Assembly (NCBI RefSeq): GCF_009834535.1
Contig: NC_045702.1
Span: forward strand, 59,272,001-59,336,000
Length of the DNA: 64,000 nucleotides
Direction of reading: 5' to 3'
Source: Camelus ferus
Taxonomy: Eukaryota
The stretch's first letter is position 1. Each line of letters opens with the position of its first letter. Shown here one piece after another: positions 61,680 to 64,000 of the stretch. The translations under genes and the position numbers were made by a program. The notes under the pieces are model-generated. The model did no database searches, had not been told where the DNA came from, and saw nothing but the letters and a program-made list of their open reading frames with translations.

Positions 61680-64000
61680 CCAAACAAGGCATTTGTGTGT
61701 GTGGGTGTGTGTATACAATATATTTGTGTAAAAGGCAACTTGAATATCTCTGTGGATGAGAATTGAACAGAAGCCTAGAGTTGTAAGTGGAGCAAGAACA
61801 CTAGATCCTCTGAGCAGAAGGAGATAGACAGTTAAAGTTCTGTAACCATGAGATTGTAGAAAACCCACAGCTTCCCACACATGGTGAAAGACCTGAGCTG
61901 GACTCATTGCCTGAAACCAGGAGCTGGGCAGGGAAGTTGGGAAGAAAGGAAGGGTAAAAAACCTGATACTACTGTCTTTGGCTATGGCTTGCATACAGTG
62001 TAAACTATGGCAAGAAGAAATAGAAAATGTCATTCAGAAAGTTTGTGGTCTGGACAGAGCTTCCTGCTGCCTGAGTGAATGGATCTTGATATTCACAATT
62101 CATCTTGAACCTGGAGCTCCAAGCTCTTTATTTAAGGTTCTGTCTCTGGACTAGAGAACATTAACAGGGAAAACTATATGCCACAAAGTGAGACCACAGG
62201 CCAGAAACATAAAACAATGAAAACACTTTCCATTCAAGGTGAATATACAGATTAAATTTTCAGAGCACATTAGAAAATGTGACATCAAGAATGAAACCAA
62301 GCCAAAAGAAATAGGATAAAAATAGATAAATTCACACATAGCAAAATATAAATAATAGAAAGTTCTCAAAGTGACTTTAAAATAACTGTATTTTAGATCG
62401 TCAAATAGACACAGAAAAGAGTTTTATCCAGAGAGAGAATTATAAGAATAAAATAGATTGCTATGAACCAAAAAACCAATTAGAAATCCTGGAAATGCAA
62501 AATATAGTTATTGGAATAAAAATCTTACTAAGCAGAGTGATTTCTGGACTCGAATTAGTTAAAAAAGAAATAAGGAATTGAAAAATGGTATAGAGAAAAT
62601 TACCCAGAGTTAAACACAGAGAAATAAAAAGATGAAGAATATGAATAAGACATTAAAAGACAAAGAGGCACTGAAAGATTTCCACATGTATATAATATGT
62701 GACTCAGGGAGAGAGGAAAAAAAGAGAATGGTGGAGAAACAGTATTTGAAATATCACAGCTAAACGGTTTCTAATATTGAAAAAAGAACAGTCTTTAGAT
62801 TAAAAATACACATCAAGTTCTGAGAGGGGTTAAAAAAAAAAAAAACCCAACTTGGTTTATTATACTGAAATGTCAAAATCGCAAGGATTAAGGAGAAAAC
62901 TCAAAAGCTAACAGAATGTAGAAGGATGCTAAAAAACTTCAAAGAAAGGCAATTAGGTTAAAGCATATTTCTCATGACAACAACAAATACTTGAAGACAG
63001 TAGAGTAATAATATCTTCAGAGTGCTGCGGGAAAATAACTGCTAACCTAAAGTTACACATCCAGCCAACCTTGCTTTCAGGAGTGAGAACAAACTAAAGA
63101 CGCTTTGAGAAATACAAAATGAACAGAATTTACCATCCAGAGATTCTTGGTAAGAGAATGTGCGTTTTTTGGCAGAAAGAAAAGTGGACCCAGAAGGAAT
63201 AAGATACAATGTGATACAGGAAACAGTGGGGCGGGGGGCGGTGAGAAAAAAATGGAAACACATGAATTGATGAAATATATTTTATATATTATTAACTAAA
63301 ATCTATCAAAGAGAGCAACAACTATAATTTTTGGTTAATTTTGTTAAGGTAAAAATTTAAAAGTAAAATGACATTCTAACATCTAGACTAGGGGTCAGAA
63401 AACTTTCTGTAAAGGGTCATATAGTAAATATTTCAGATTTTGTGGAACATATGGTCTCTGTTATAACTACTCAGCGCTGTCATTGTATCAGGAGAGCAGC
63501 CATAGATTATCTGTAAACAAATGAGAGTGGCTGTGTTCCCATACGACTTTATTTATGGACACGGAAATTTGAATTATGTGTAATTTTGATGTCATCAACT
63601 ATTATTCTTCTTTTCATTTTAAAAATACATTGAAAATGTGAAAACCATTCTTTGCTCATGAGCTGTGTACAAAATCAGGGGCAGGTAGGATTTGGCCTGT
63701 CATCTGTAGTTTGCTGACCGCTGGTGTAGACAAGAGTAACAAGGAAAATGAACAGTGTGAAGGGTAGGAAAAAAGGACTATTTAATGTATAGTTTGATAG
63801 AGGAGAATAGAGGTGCTAAATATCTATAGCCATTATTAGAAAAATTTAAGAGTAACCACTAAAATAATAGAAATACAGTCTACAGCTTCAAAACCAGCAG
63901 AGGAAAAAAGTGAAAGAATATTTACAAATACCACGAAGGTAAGAAATGAGATAAAAAGACAAAAACACAATAAAATAAACCACAAAATGAATTGGTATTA
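61680..64000 (+). mobile_element. Old L1 5' region with ORF1 remnant (runs off the window)
   Basis: Around 62580-62790 it reads like L1 ORF1 (EKITQS...EIKKMKNMNKTLKD...GEKQYLK..), resembling the consensus EITQ...RDKEMENMKERLRD...IFEEIMAENFP. Confidence 0.85.
63389..63723 (-). mobile_element. MER58B hAT-Charlie element inserted in the L1
   Basis: Reverse complement of the MER58B consensus. TSD atctagac (63381-63388) and gtgtagac (63724-63731). Confidence 0.9.

Noticed and set aside
61656-63263. 125-, 72- and 73-aa minus-strand ORFs
   Set aside because: Antisense to the L1 5' region and ORF1 remnant.

Overview
Mammalian genomic DNA, almost certainly camelid (camel/alpaca), judged from a tRNA-Ala-derived Vic-1-type SINE at 51417-51542. 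The only protein-coding sequence I can support is exons 2 and 3 of SEM1 (DSS1/SHFM1; 26S proteasome lid, BRCA2 and TREX-2 cofactor) on the + strand at 9118-9211 and 14898-14940, followed by a 3' UTR and AATAAA at 15080-15085. Exon 1 lies upstream of the window. The remaining ~49 kb is non-coding DNA downstream of SEM1. By human synteny this is the split-hand/foot malformation 1 (DLX5/DLX6) regulatory interval towards SLC25A13/DYNC1I1. It is dominated by ancient, often nested repeats (L2, MIR, old L1, MaLR/ERVL LTRs, MER3/MER5/MER58 hAT elements), with one 172-nt assembly gap. The ORF-track entries are shadows of repeats or chance ORFs. I found no convincing new multi-gene system. The best leads are candidate enhancers (27271-27640, 60060-60320), a possible alternative SEM1 splice acceptor, an unidentified retroposed poly(A) fragment inside MER58B, and an unassigned 3.3-kb segment. 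Repeat family names come from recalled consensus sequences, not a database search, and repeat boundaries are approximate unless TSDs or termini are quoted.
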